64,000 nucleotides of DNA. Source: Bdellovibrionales bacterium (GTDB taxonomy: Bacteria; Bdellovibrionota; Bdellovibrionia; Bdellovibrionales; JAMPXM01). This document shows positions 17,805 through 27,477 of this stretch, in pieces. The translations under genes and the position numbers were made by a program. The stretch spans positions 16,764-80,763 of the forward strand of contig JAYUEN010000386.1 in assembly GCA_043739185.1 (NCBI GenBank), given 5' to 3'. Numbering within the stretch: position 1 is the stretch's first letter; the number at the start of each line of letters is the position of its first letter. The notes below the pieces were generated by a model that worked only from the letters and a program-made list of their open reading frames with translations, did not search any database and was not told the DNA's origin.

Positions 17805-18575
17805 ATGGATCTCATTACAGTCGTCGGTTTGGTGCTCGCAATTGGTGGGATATTGGGTGGTCAGCTTCTTGAGGGTGGGCATATTAACTCACTCATTCAG
17901 TCCACCGCATTCTTAATCGTATTTGGCGGAACACTAGGTGCGGTCTGCATTTCGACAACCGCCGAAGATTTAAAAATGGGGTTGAAACTCTTACGATTGG
18001 GATTTTTCGATTCGAATGAGCAAAACTCAGAAAAAATAGTAACTCAGCTCATTGAGGCCGCCCAAGTTGCGAGAAAAGAGTCGATTTTAGCGCTTGAAAA
18101 AAAACTTGCTGATATGAGTAATCCTTTTATGCAAAATGTGTTTCGTTTTGTGATCGATGGTGTCGATCCTAAAACGCTTCGAGAAATTTTTGAAAACGAA
18201 CTTTTCATTGAGGAAGAAAACCAACATGCAGGCGCAAAAATTTGGATGGATGCTGGAGGCTTTTCTCCCACCATCGGAATCATAGGAGCCGTATTAGGAC
18301 TGATTCATGTCATGGAAAATTTGGCAGATACTGCAAAATTAGGACAAGGTATTGCCGTCGCGTTCGTTGCGACTGTGTACGGCGTGGGTTCGGCAAATAT
18401 TTTGTTTATTCCGCTAGCGAATAAGATTAAGAGAAAAATTAAACTCGAAATTGAAATTAAAAATATGATTCTAGAAGGGGCAATCGGAATTATGGCCGGA
18501 ATGAATCCGTTCATAATTGAGCAGAAATTAAGAGCCTATCTTCACCAAAATAGGCCGCAACCTAAAGAACAATAA
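17805..18575 (+). CDS. motA: flagellar stator protein MotA
   Basis: 256 aa with four TM segments and the conserved C-terminal segment AVAFVATVYGVGSANILFIPLANK. Confidence 0.9.
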   Translation: MDLITVVGLVLAIGGILGGQLLEGGHINSLIQSTAFLIVFGGTLGAVCISTTAEDLKMGLKLLRLGFFDSNEQNSEKIVTQLIEAAQVARKESILALEKKLADMSNPFMQNVFRFVIDGVDPKTLREIFENELFIEEENQHAGAKIWMDAGGFSPTIGIIGAVLGLIHVMENLADTAKLGQGIAVAFVATVYGVGSANILFIPLANKIKRKIKLEIEIKNMILEGAIGIMAGMNPFIIEQKLRAYLHQNRPQPKEQ

Positions 18576-18578
18576 TTC

Positions 18579-19316
18579 ATGGCAAGACGAAAACGACAAG
18601 AAGAACATGAAAATCACGAGCGTTGGCTGGTATCTTATGCCGACTTTATAACGCTTTTATTTGCGTTTTTTACGGTTCTTTATGCGACATCGCAACATGA
18701 CCTCAAGAAACAAGAAGAGTTCGAAAAGTCGATTCGTAAATATTTTAGTGGAGCAGGCTTAGGTGAAAGCCAAGGCGAATTCAATACCGAAGCTGAGAAT
18801 CGAAGTTTGGTAGATCCGCCGATAAAATCTTTTCCCCCTATGACGGCCGGGCCGCAAGAGGTACAGGACTACGTTCAAAGAGTATTGCAAAAATCAATGG
18901 ATAAAGGTGAATATCAAGATGCGATTCAAGAAATTCATCACGATACCATTGGCGCGCGCATTCAGCTTGCGGCGTCCTCTCTATTTCCCAGTGGTTCAGC
19001 GGAATTAAAAGTTTCCTCGGCAGCGGCACTAGATAAAATTGGACTTTTGCTTAAGGATTCAAAGCGCCGATTGATCATTGAGGGGCATACCGACAATGAA
19101 CCCGTTCATACCGCAAAATTTCCCAGTAACTGGGAGCTCTCAGCCATCCGGGCTACAAAGGTATTGAGATACCTCGCTGCCCGAGACCAAATTGACCCAA
19201 GCACCATGACAGCGGTCGCATACGCGGATCAAAAACCGGTCGCGCCTAATGATACTGAAGAGAATCGAGCCAAAAATCGCCGCATTGAAATATTGATTGT
19301 CAGCGATTCAAAGTGA
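18579..19316 (+). CDS. motB: flagellar stator protein MotB (OmpA-like)
   Basis: WLVSYADFITLLFAFF plug/TM with the conserved Asp, and a C-terminal OmpA-like domain (GHTDNEP, NRRIEI). Confidence 0.9.
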   Translation: MARRKRQEEHENHERWLVSYADFITLLFAFFTVLYATSQHDLKKQEEFEKSIRKYFSGAGLGESQGEFNTEAENRSLVDPPIKSFPPMTAGPQEVQDYVQRVLQKSMDKGEYQDAIQEIHHDTIGARIQLAASSLFPSGSAELKVSSAAALDKIGLLLKDSKRRLIIEGHTDNEPVHTAKFPSNWELSAIRATKVLRYLAARDQIDPSTMTAVAYADQKPVAPNDTEENRAKNRRIEILIVSDSK

Positions 19317-19321
19317 TACTT

Positions 19322-20329
19322 CTAGAGGCCTTCGATTTCAACTTTCTGAATGACAATTCTTTTTAGCGGTCGACTGGTGGGTCCGGTTTTTACCCTTGAA
19401 ATTTTTTGTACGACATCCATTCCGCTGATCACTTCACCAAATACAGAATATTTATCGTCGAAGCTGGGTTGAGGGCCGAGGGTAATAAAAAATTGTGAGC
19501 CCGCAGTGTTTGGGCCATGATTGGCCATTGAAACCATCCCGGCTTTATCATGATGCAAATAGGGCGTAAACTCGTCTTGAATTTCATAGCCTGGCCCACC
19601 GCGACCATCGCCGAATGGACAGCCCATTTGGACTACAAAATCGCGCACCACTTTGAATATAATTTGCCCGTTAAAAAATGGGCGAGTCGATTTTTTTGAA
19701 GTGGCAACTTCAACAAACTCCTTTTGCCCGGTAGCAAGATCCGTAAAATTTCTAACGGTCCTCGGAGCATATTGCGGATAAAGTTTCATTTTGAAAGCGC
19801 CCATTGAGGTGACCACTGTCGCAAATAGTTTTTTGTCTGCAATTCTCTCTCCCACATCGATTATTTTATTTTTTGGCGAGGAAGAGGTCGGGGCCATTGA
19901 TGGCGGTGGATAGCTAGGCGCCTGTGGAGCTCCCACATTTGGGTCACCACCAGGGGGCGCGATAGTTGAAGCTTTTGAAATATCACTTGGGTTTTGAAAG
20001 TTTCCGTTGTTGCTTGGGGGCTTTTCTTGTGGGGCATTTGGCGGCGGCGGAGCAATGTCTTGCGAAACTCCTGAGCTCGGCGGTGCAATCAAATTTTGCG
20101 GAGGTGCATTTGGTGGCGGCGCTACGTTTACTGGCGGTGCCTGATTTGCTTTCACGGGTTGGCCACCTGGCTTGGTTGGTGGCGATAAAGCGCCCGGATC
20201 GTATCCTGGCGGATTTTGAGGCTCAACATTTAGGGCTGGGTTTTGTGCAAAGGAATTTGAATTGGCAAATTGAAAAGCGCAGACAAACAAGAAACTAAAA
20301 AGCCAATTTAAGCATTTTACATTTGTCAT
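19322..20329 (-). CDS. secreted cyclophilin-type peptidyl-prolyl isomerase with Pro-rich N-terminal extension
   Basis: Signal peptide, then about 150 aa of Pro/Ala/Asn-rich low complexity, then the cyclophilin core (FKVVRDFVVQMG, MANHGPNTAGSQFFI, VFGEV). Confidence 0.85.
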   Translation of the reverse strand: MTNVKCLNWLFSFLFVCAFQFANSNSFAQNPALNVEPQNPPGYDPGALSPPTKPGGQPVKANQAPPVNVAPPPNAPPQNLIAPPSSGVSQDIAPPPPNAPQEKPPSNNGNFQNPSDISKASTIAPPGGDPNVGAPQAPSYPPPSMAPTSSSPKNKIIDVGERIADKKLFATVVTSMGAFKMKLYPQYAPRTVRNFTDLATGQKEFVEVATSKKSTRPFFNGQIIFKVVRDFVVQMGCPFGDGRGGPGYEIQDEFTPYLHHDKAGMVSMANHGPNTAGSQFFITLGPQPSFDDKYSVFGEVISGMDVVQKISRVKTGPTSRPLKRIVIQKVEIEGL

Positions 20330-22839
20330 TTCTCACCTCGTATATCGCCAAGTATTTGAGAGTTCTGTAAAAAAAGTTTCGTCAAATGAGAATCTAAAAA
20401 TTCTGTACTCATGCCCATATTAACTGCCAAAGAAAGAATATTTTCTGAGTTTTTTCTTAGTTTGGTTTGTGACTGCGCACTTGTGAGTTGATGCATTTGC
20501 TCGACCGTTCTCAAATCATTGTAATTTTTAAGTAAACTTGGACCCAAAACTTTCCAGTTTGGGTCTTGCTCCATAAGATATTGAATCATGCCCTGAGTCG
20601 ACGAATCAAGAGAGAACTGAGAGCGCTTAAGTAAAGCAGTCTGACAGGCAAACTCAATATCGACTAGACCTCCAAATTGAAACTTGAGATCAAATAGGCT
20701 TTCGTCTTTCGTTAAGAGTTTGGCGCGGATTTCTCGCAAGCGCTGATCGTCATCACTAGTAAAAATATGTTCGCCAGCGATTTGAGAAGCGCTAAAGGCT
20801 GTCGGCAAAAGTGGTCGAGCTCTCAAATAAGCTTGGCGCTCCCAGGGTTCGGCATTCTTTTGCAAGAAGCTTTCGAGCTGACTCTTAGAGACGAGTAGTG
20901 GGCCCGCGTGACCGCTCGGCCGCAGGCGGGTATCAATATTGTAAATAACGCCACCTCGGTTATGCTGATTTAACCATGAAATAAATTTGCGACTTAATTT
21001 GTGTTGCAATGGGCTGGGATCATTTTCGGTTAAAAAAATAAAATCAAGGTCTGAACGAAATCCGAGCTCTCTCCCTCCCCACTTACCGAGACAAAGAATA
21101 TTGACTGGTTCGCATTTTAAATCGTCGGCGATTTTCTTAAGTATAGATTTACATATTTCGTCGGCACTGAAGCTCAGGTCTCGGGACAAATTATGAAGAT
21201 CTTTATCTTTTAAGAATTTTTGCGCAGATAAAACTTCAACAATCAGTCTTCTTTCAATTAGCATTTCAAGAAACTCATCTTCTGCTTCGGGAAGATCTGC
21301 TTGAGCATTGAAAAACAAGCTGTCGATGAGTTCAGGCCGTAGAACAAAAATATTTGCTAAATATGGAGAGCATGAAAACAGCCAAGCCAAAGCTTCGGTT
21401 AATTTTTCTTCGCGATTGAGTAAACTATAAAGACTCGCTTTTGCTCGGGTGGCTTTGATAAAATCATATAGGAGTGCTAGAGCCAAATTTTTGTTTCGAT
21501 CGATTCTGGCAATATGTTCGACGAAGCTCTCTAAAAAGTGCAGGCGCGAACGTTCATCACGTTCAGATTTAAGAGACTGGGCTTTTGCGGCGATCAATTC
21601 GGGCCAAATATCTTTGATGCAAGCTTCGGAAAAGCCTTTTTTTGCTAACCATTCTTGTTGCTGAACTAGCTCCGTTGGCATGGTATTTTTTAAGTCCACT
21701 TGCAAAAGATTCGAAACAAAGAGGTGAATTTGACTGGCGAGTTGCAATAATTTTGACACTTGAAACTGGTGATAATGGCTTTGCGCGCGTTCAATAGAAT
21801 AGGTTTGTTGATCCTCTTTCGCTTGAAGATGATTTTCAACATCTCTAAGTTGCCAATAAGATTCGTGAAGAAATTGGGCGTCGCTCAGGGAAATAAATGA
21901 GTGCTCTTTGAGACCACAAATGGCTGCAGATGTTGATTGAGTTTGCAGGGCTTTGTTTTTCCCGCCATGAATGAGTTGCAGTGAATGCACAAAGAGCTCG
22001 AGATCGCGAATGCCACCCGGACTGAGCTTAAGGTTGAATACTCGTGGATCCTTCAAGCTCATTTCATGATGAATTTTACTTCTGAGCTGGGCTAAGTCAT
22101 CTACGAGTGTCAAATCAATATGTTTACGGTAAGAAAAGTGATTCGCGAACTTCAATACCTCTTCAGCTAACTTAGGATCACCGTAAATAAAGCGCGCTCT
22201 GACATAAGAAAGTCGCTCCCACATTTCGCCGTGGTAACCATAGTGGTACTCAAATTCTGTTTGAGAAGTAAGCGGCGAGCCTGCTCCGCCACCGGGCCTC
22301 AAATTGAGGTCAACTCTCAGACAATAAGCAAATTCACTCAACGTTGAAAGATTGGTGGTAAAGCTTTTGAGAATTTTCAAATCGATTGTCTTATGGTCTC
22401 GTCTTACAAAAACCAAATCAACATCTGAGCTCAAATTCAGTTCTCGGGAGCCCAATTTTCCTAGGGCCAAAATTATGAAATCTTCTGGTCCGCCGCCAGC
22501 CATTTCCCAGGCTTTGGAGATAAGAGCTTCTGCCGCGAGCGACCATTCAAAGCAGATTTCTTCAGGAGAAGCATTGTGAAAAAAGGTCGCAAGAACAGCC
22601 TCGCACCAGGCCTCATGCCTTGATAATCGCAAGAGCGCTTGGGCATCGAGTTCGGTGCGGGGTCGCGTCAGGAGAGTGAGATAGCGCGCGAGCGCAGGTG
22701 AAAATTCACAAGCTTGAGTCCGTTCATCTTTTGAGTAACTCGCAAGACTAGCAAGTTTACTCAAGGTATGGGGACCAGACAGGCTTAAAGTAGTCATTTT
22801 TATCGAAAGTGATTCTTCTTTCGTTTTCGCCATCGACAT
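20326..22839 (-). CDS. glnE: glutamine synthetase adenylyltransferase/adenylyl-removing enzyme
   Basis: Two nucleotidyltransferase modules (GKLGSRELNLSSDVDLVFV and GKWGGRELGFRSDLDFIFL). The start is uncertain: alternative in-frame starts are ATG 22797 and TTG 22764, which shorten the overlap with tolB. Confidence 0.85.
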   Translation of the reverse strand: MSMAKTKEESLSIKMTTLSLSGPHTLSKLASLASYSKDERTQACEFSPALARYLTLLTRPRTELDAQALLRLSRHEAWCEAVLATFFHNASPEEICFEWSLAAEALISKAWEMAGGGPEDFIILALGKLGSRELNLSSDVDLVFVRRDHKTIDLKILKSFTTNLSTLSEFAYCLRVDLNLRPGGGAGSPLTSQTEFEYHYGYHGEMWERLSYVRARFIYGDPKLAEEVLKFANHFSYRKHIDLTLVDDLAQLRSKIHHEMSLKDPRVFNLKLSPGGIRDLELFVHSLQLIHGGKNKALQTQSTSAAICGLKEHSFISLSDAQFLHESYWQLRDVENHLQAKEDQQTYSIERAQSHYHQFQVSKLLQLASQIHLFVSNLLQVDLKNTMPTELVQQQEWLAKKGFSEACIKDIWPELIAAKAQSLKSERDERSRLHFLESFVEHIARIDRNKNLALALLYDFIKATRAKASLYSLLNREEKLTEALAWLFSCSPYLANIFVLRPELIDSLFFNAQADLPEAEDEFLEMLIERRLIVEVLSAQKFLKDKDLHNLSRDLSFSADEICKSILKKIADDLKCEPVNILCLGKWGGRELGFRSDLDFIFLTENDPSPLQHKLSRKFISWLNQHNRGGVIYNIDTRLRPSGHAGPLLVSKSQLESFLQKNAEPWERQAYLRARPLLPTAFSASQIAGEHIFTSDDDQRLREIRAKLLTKDESLFDLKFQFGGLVDIEFACQTALLKRSQFSLDSSTQGMIQYLMEQDPNWKVLGPSLLKNYNDLRTVEQMHQLTSAQSQTKLRKNSENILSLAVNMGMSTEFLDSHLTKLFLQNSQILGDIRGEK

Positions 22840-24172
22840 CTACAATATAGAGTTGGTGATGCCCATCACGATTGCTTGAAAATAAAATATGGCGACCGTC
22901 AGGAGAAAAGCTCGGATCCTCATTGTCCGCCATTTTGCCGTTTGTGGTCTTTTTTGCTGAAGTGAGGCGAATCATATTTTCCCCATCTGCATCCATTACA
23001 AAAAGATCAAAATGTCCCTTGTCGCTACCTGCAAAAACAATTTTTTTACCATCTGGAGACCATTTCGGACACGAATTGAATTCACCAGCCACAGTCAGAC
23101 GTTTGACATTGGCGCCGTCTGCATTCATTACGTAGACCATAGGTCGCCCATGTCGATCCGAAGAGAAAGCAATCTTTTTTCCGTCGGGACTTACGCTCGG
23201 CTCAACATTCAATACTTCCTTTGCACTGGCAGTCAAGGCGTCAAACGAACGCCCGTCCATGGTCATGCGATAAATATTCGGACTCTCTCCGCGAGTCATA
23301 GTCAAAACTATATGTTTTCCATCCGGGAAAAAACTCACTCCAGAATTGATGCCGGGCCGAGCTGAAATAAGCTTTCTCTCTTGAGTTTCGGTATTGTAAA
23401 AAAATAAATCCGCATTTCTGGTGCGCTCACTTGTATGATAGGTGAAGTTTCGATAACCAATACTTTTGCCGTCTGCCGACCAGGCCGGTGAATTGGCAAT
23501 GGAATGGTGATGCGTGATGGCTTTTGTGTTGACGCCATCCCAATCCATTACAAAGATTTCACGCTGCTGCGGCTCTGTGCTTCGCGCGGTCACTATTTTA
23601 GAGAGAAAAAACCCCTTAATTCCGGTCAACTCTTTGACAATGTCATTCGAAAAAGTATGAGCGATGATGCGGGCATCTTTGCTGCGGCCTTGATAGGTTT
23701 TAGCAAGAACCTTTTTTTGTTGGGGAACATAATACAAATAAGTTTCAAGAGTTACTTCATCGTCGACAATTTTATATCCAGCGCGAATGAGAAAGTCGGC
23801 TCCGATTTGCTTCCAACTAGAAAAATTGAATCCTGACGACTCTTCGGAGACTGGGCGCAAACTAACTTTTGAAACATCTTCAACAAAAGCTTCGCGCTTC
23901 AGAAAGTCGAAATAGGAACTAACACTCAAATCAAATTGAATTGTATCAAAAATTTCTTTTCCGACCGCCACATAGTTTTTGCTGATACCCGGAGTACCCA
24001 GATATTGAAAAGCTGGCAAAGCCATGATGCTTTTTTTGAATTTCGCATCACCCACATTCAAATGAATGGGGCTTTCAGCCCAGGCACTCGAAAAAATGAA
24101 AGCGACGGTCGCAAAGCTAAGAAGTAAGCCTTTGGCGAAATTTTGCAATAACCTAGGGATCAAACTGTTCAT
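22757..24172 (-). CDS. tolB: Tol-Pal system beta-propeller protein TolB
   Basis: Signal peptide, TolB N-domain, and repeated SPDG/SPAWS propeller blades (PAWSADGK, SVSPDGKK, KWSPDGKK, SFSPDGRH). Confidence 0.9.
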   Translation of the reverse strand: MNSLIPRLLQNFAKGLLLSFATVAFIFSSAWAESPIHLNVGDAKFKKSIMALPAFQYLGTPGISKNYVAVGKEIFDTIQFDLSVSSYFDFLKREAFVEDVSKVSLRPVSEESSGFNFSSWKQIGADFLIRAGYKIVDDEVTLETYLYYVPQQKKVLAKTYQGRSKDARIIAHTFSNDIVKELTGIKGFFLSKIVTARSTEPQQREIFVMDWDGVNTKAITHHHSIANSPAWSADGKSIGYRNFTYHTSERTRNADLFFYNTETQERKLISARPGINSGVSFFPDGKHIVLTMTRGESPNIYRMTMDGRSFDALTASAKEVLNVEPSVSPDGKKIAFSSDRHGRPMVYVMNADGANVKRLTVAGEFNSCPKWSPDGKKIVFAGSDKGHFDLFVMDADGENMIRLTSAKKTTNGKMADNEDPSFSPDGRHILFSSNRDGHHQLYIVDVDGENERRITFDKNDYFKPVWSPYLE

Positions 24173-24201
24173 CTTAAGTTCTCCTTAAATATCACGCTCA
24201 G

Positions 24202-24960
24202 TTATTCGGGAAACCCAAACTCAATTCCGTCAACAGCTAAAATATTTGTTAGTTTAGACGGCGGACTTTCAAAGGGTCCCGAGCGCTCAATCGACTCCAA
24301 ACACTTTTCATCAAAAACTGAATTTCCTGAGGACTTTTTGATCTGCTTTTTAACAATATTACCAGACGAATCTATATAGACCATTACGCTAGCAGTTAGA
24401 TTTTGATTTTTAAGCAGGCTGGGAAGATTCCAATTGGACTTTACTTTTTCATCGAGCCGATCAAGGTATGAGTCATAATCTATTTTATTGAGTCCGGTGA
24501 TTGAGGAGCCCGCGGCCAGAACCGCGCCTCGAATGGGAGCGGCTGGAGTTGCATGAGCTTGCGCTCTTGCTTTCGACATTTCTGCAAGTTTCTTAAAGGC
24601 CTCGAGACGCTTGATGGCATCTTCTTCTGCGCTTTTTGCCTTACGAAGATCAATTTTTTTCGGGTCCATTTTGCTCACATCAGGTAACTTCTTTGGCATG
24701 GCGATTGGGATGGGAGCGGGTGGGGGCAATTTCAAATCTGCTGGGGTCGCGACGGGTTTCGGAACATTTGGCAGCGTCTGAGACTTGGCCGGTAAGCCCA
24801 CCATATCGACGCGAATGGCATGTTGAACATGAATCACCTCAGAGGGAAAAAAGACGGCGCGAAATACCAACAAGGCGCCAACGATGATATGTCCGAGGAG
24901 GGACCATCGAATGGATTTAGAAAAATCGTCTTGAGGTTGAATCAGAACAGAAAAACTCAT
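24202..24960 (-). CDS. tolA: TolA/TonB-family protein
   Basis: N-terminal TM anchor, Pro/Lys-rich linker, and a TonB/TolA C-terminal domain (VMVYIDSSGNIVKKQIKKSSGNSVFD). It lies between tolR and tolB. Confidence 0.75.
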   Translation of the reverse strand: MSFSVLIQPQDDFSKSIRWSLLGHIIVGALLVFRAVFFPSEVIHVQHAIRVDMVGLPAKSQTLPNVPKPVATPADLKLPPPAPIPIAMPKKLPDVSKMDPKKIDLRKAKSAEEDAIKRLEAFKKLAEMSKARAQAHATPAAPIRGAVLAAGSSITGLNKIDYDSYLDRLDEKVKSNWNLPSLLKNQNLTASVMVYIDSSGNIVKKQIKKSSGNSVFDEKCLESIERSGPFESPPSKLTNILAVDGIEFGFPE

Positions 24961-24989
24961 TAAAAAATCATCTCATTGGTAATGGCGGT

Positions 24990-25406
24990 CTAGTTTATTT
25001 TTGGCAAAGTTACTAAGCTAATTTCTGAAATCCCCGCCGCACGGATCTCACCCATTGCTTCGGCGACCAAGCCGTAGTCTACGTTGCGATCGGCCTGTAA
25101 ATAAATTTGTTTGTTTTTGCGAGTTGAAAAAATTGCGGTCAGCTTTTCAGAAAGCGCGGGCAAATGAAGTTCTGTATCGCCCACATAAAGTTTTTTATTT
25201 TTGCGAATTTCAAGGACAAAAGGTTCATCGGTGGTGGGCGTTCCCGAGCTTGAGACTTCAGGTAAATCGATGTCGATTCCTTGTTGCATCATCGGCGTGG
25301 TGACCATAAAAATGATCAATAGGACCAGCATCACATCGACCATAGGAGTAATATTAATTTCACTCATGGCCATTCGACTTTTAGTTGAAGAGCCGGACAT
25401 TCCCAC
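24990..25406 (-). CDS. tolR: biopolymer transport protein TolR/ExbD
   Basis: EINITPMVDVMLVLLIIFMV is the hallmark ExbD/TolR TM segment with the conserved Asp. Confidence 0.9.
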   Translation of the reverse strand: MGMSGSSTKSRMAMSEINITPMVDVMLVLLIIFMVTTPMMQQGIDIDLPEVSSSGTPTTDEPFVLEIRKNKKLYVGDTELHLPALSEKLTAIFSTRKNKQIYLQADRNVDYGLVAEAMGEIRAAGISEISLVTLPKIN

Positions 25407-26170
25407 TATTTGTCTCCGAAAAAATTGCGTTTGGTGACATTTAGAAAATCAGAGCCAAAATTATTGAGGTCAATTTCAATTTTGCGAATACGACCTATAA
25501 AATAATTATAAGCCACCACGGCAGGAATCGCTGCAAAGAGTCCGACAGCTGTTGAGAACAGGGCTTCTGCAATTCCGGGCGCGACTACGGCGAGGCTTGC
25601 CGAGCCACTGCTCGCGATATTTGAAAAGGAGGACATAATTCCGATAACGGTTCCGAGGAGGCCCACAAAAGGTGCCGTGCTTCCTGTGGTTGCCAAGAAG
25701 TTAAGTTTGGATTCAGCATGAGAAACTTCAGTGCCTATAGATTTTTGAATGGCACGCTCTAAATTATCGAGTCCAGATAACTTCAGATTTTCAGAGTCGG
25801 ATTGTTTTGCCAAATTTGAATCGGCGATCCTTTGTAGCTCGTTATATCCCGCTACAAAAACTTTGCTTAAATTTCCCGAAGCATATTCGTCAATTTTATT
25901 GTGAACATTTTCTAAAGCTTTCGCCTTCCAAAAAAAATCACTAAAGTTTTGATTTGCAATCTGCATACTTTGAAACTGTCTGAGCTTTGCATAAATAATT
26001 GCCCAAGACATGACCGAAGCAGCCAATAATAGAAGTAGCAAAAACTGCACGGGAAGGCTTGCCGCTAAAACGGCATCTAGCACTCCGGCTTTTACGCCAA
26101 TGTGAGCGCTACTCGCTGCGAGTGCTTGCGGACTACAAAGAAACAGAAAATGAAACAATTGATTTATCAT
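25406..26170 (-). CDS. tolQ: proton channel protein TolQ/ExbB
   Basis: MotA/TolQ/ExbB family segment TAPFVGLLGTVIGIM...IAEALFSTAVGLFAAIPAVVAYNYF. Confidence 0.9.
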   Translation of the reverse strand: MINQLFHFLFLCSPQALAASSAHIGVKAGVLDAVLAASLPVQFLLLLLLAASVMSWAIIYAKLRQFQSMQIANQNFSDFFWKAKALENVHNKIDEYASGNLSKVFVAGYNELQRIADSNLAKQSDSENLKLSGLDNLERAIQKSIGTEVSHAESKLNFLATTGSTAPFVGLLGTVIGIMSSFSNIASSGSASLAVVAPGIAEALFSTAVGLFAAIPAVVAYNYFIGRIRKIEIDLNNFGSDFLNVTKRNFFGDK

Positions 26171-26276
26171 AGTCCAAACAGATTAAAGCCTTCGTCAGGC
26201 TCTGTAAAAGAATAAATTTTCTTTCTATCGCAGCTCGCAATTGAGCATTGAAAAAACTCGATGACTTTTTATGGAT

Positions 26277-27212
26277 TTACCGACCGAAGTCGTGCTTTTC
26301 AAAAAAATCTTTAAGGGCCGTGGGGTGATTCGTGATAATGCCATCCGCTCCGAGTTTAATCAGATCTGCGGCATCAGATGCGTTTTGTGCGTTGCCAGCA
26401 AAAACTTTGAGCGAACGCCGATGTGCCTCTTGAATCATCTGTTCATTTATATGTATGCGCAGTGAGTTTCGCACTCGTTCAGAAGTATTTTCGACGATGA
26501 GAAGATCCGAATCAAGAGGGGCAATACTTGCTAAAAAAACATTTGCCAAGATCATCAGTTGTGTAAGTTGGGGAGTGCTGGCGCCATAAAGGAGCATTGG
26601 GGCCAGCTTTCGAGTTTCTTTTAAAACCTTGTCGCGTTCGCTTGTGATGATAAAGCGTTTTGTTTGATCATTGTATTCGAGAGCCTTAACCAATTGCTGT
26701 TCCATCCCGGTTGAGTCATCGGCCAAATTAATTATGAATCGATGCTTTGGGAACTTCTTAAGCAATTGACTGAGCTCAAGAATATGAAGAGCTTTTCCTC
26801 TAAAGGGGTGCTCTTGCTTTTGATTTTGATAACTATAGCCAGAGTCGACTTTTTGAATCTGTTCGAAATTGAGAAGAGGTACAAATGAATTTTCGACTCC
26901 GTAAATTGCTAAATCTTGATGTCGAGTGACGACGGGAACTCCGTCCTTTGAAAGCATGACATCGGCCCACAAAATAACTTGAGGGTCTAAGGCTGCGGCA
27001 GCTTCAAATGCGGGAAGGGAGTCTTCAGGAAACTCAAAGCTTTCCCCGCGAAGGGCAATCAGTAGTTGGGATTCCTTTGCTCCAAAAAATCCATCTTGAA
27101 AGGCAATATGGGGCCGACTGAGGCCCTTATTACTCAAATAAAACCAAGCTACAAAAACACTGATTATAACCAAAAGCATAACCAGCGAGAAACTCTTAAG
27201 CGTTGCGGCCAC
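26277..27212 (-). CDS. glycerophosphodiester phosphodiesterase-family protein (variant active site)
   Basis: GDPD fold segments are present (PEDSLPAFEAA, MLSKDGVPVVTRHQD, GADGIITNHP). The usual HRG motif reads LRG. Confidence 0.7.
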   Translation of the reverse strand: MAATLKSFSLVMLLVIISVFVAWFYLSNKGLSRPHIAFQDGFFGAKESQLLIALRGESFEFPEDSLPAFEAAAALDPQVILWADVMLSKDGVPVVTRHQDLAIYGVENSFVPLLNFEQIQKVDSGYSYQNQKQEHPFRGKALHILELSQLLKKFPKHRFIINLADDSTGMEQQLVKALEYNDQTKRFIITSERDKVLKETRKLAPMLLYGASTPQLTQLMILANVFLASIAPLDSDLLIVENTSERVRNSLRIHINEQMIQEAHRRSLKVFAGNAQNASDAADLIKLGADGIITNHPTALKDFFEKHDFGR

Positions 27213-27477
27213 TATTTAACCATCCGATTGTATTCACTAAAGTTAGGACTCATTCACGGACAAAAACAACAATATACGCCAAAAAAAGACCTATTTCTGT
27301 TGACCATATCAAGCTTTTCAATTAACTTTCATTGGCGCTGGCAAAGCCTTTAAGCCCGTGAAAATACTTAAAGGCCGCCAGCAAGATAGCGAACAAAACT
27401 TGAAAACCCAACTAAAAAATCCCATTCGATAGCGAATCGAAGCGAATTTGAATAAGAGGGAAGAAAAGTAAAAAATT

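Noticed and set aside
22757-22839. An apparent 83-nt out-of-frame overlap between the tolB 3' end and the glnE 5' end.
   Set aside because: It is probably a start-codon assignment artefact. In-frame ATG 22797 and TTG 22764 exist, and the latter gives an ordinary 8-nt overlap. I cannot decide between them without N-terminal data.
20326-22839. glnE is only 837 aa (E. coli has about 946): a possible truncation or pseudogene.
   Set aside because: Both nucleotidyltransferase modules and the linker are present in one uninterrupted frame, so this is natural length variation.
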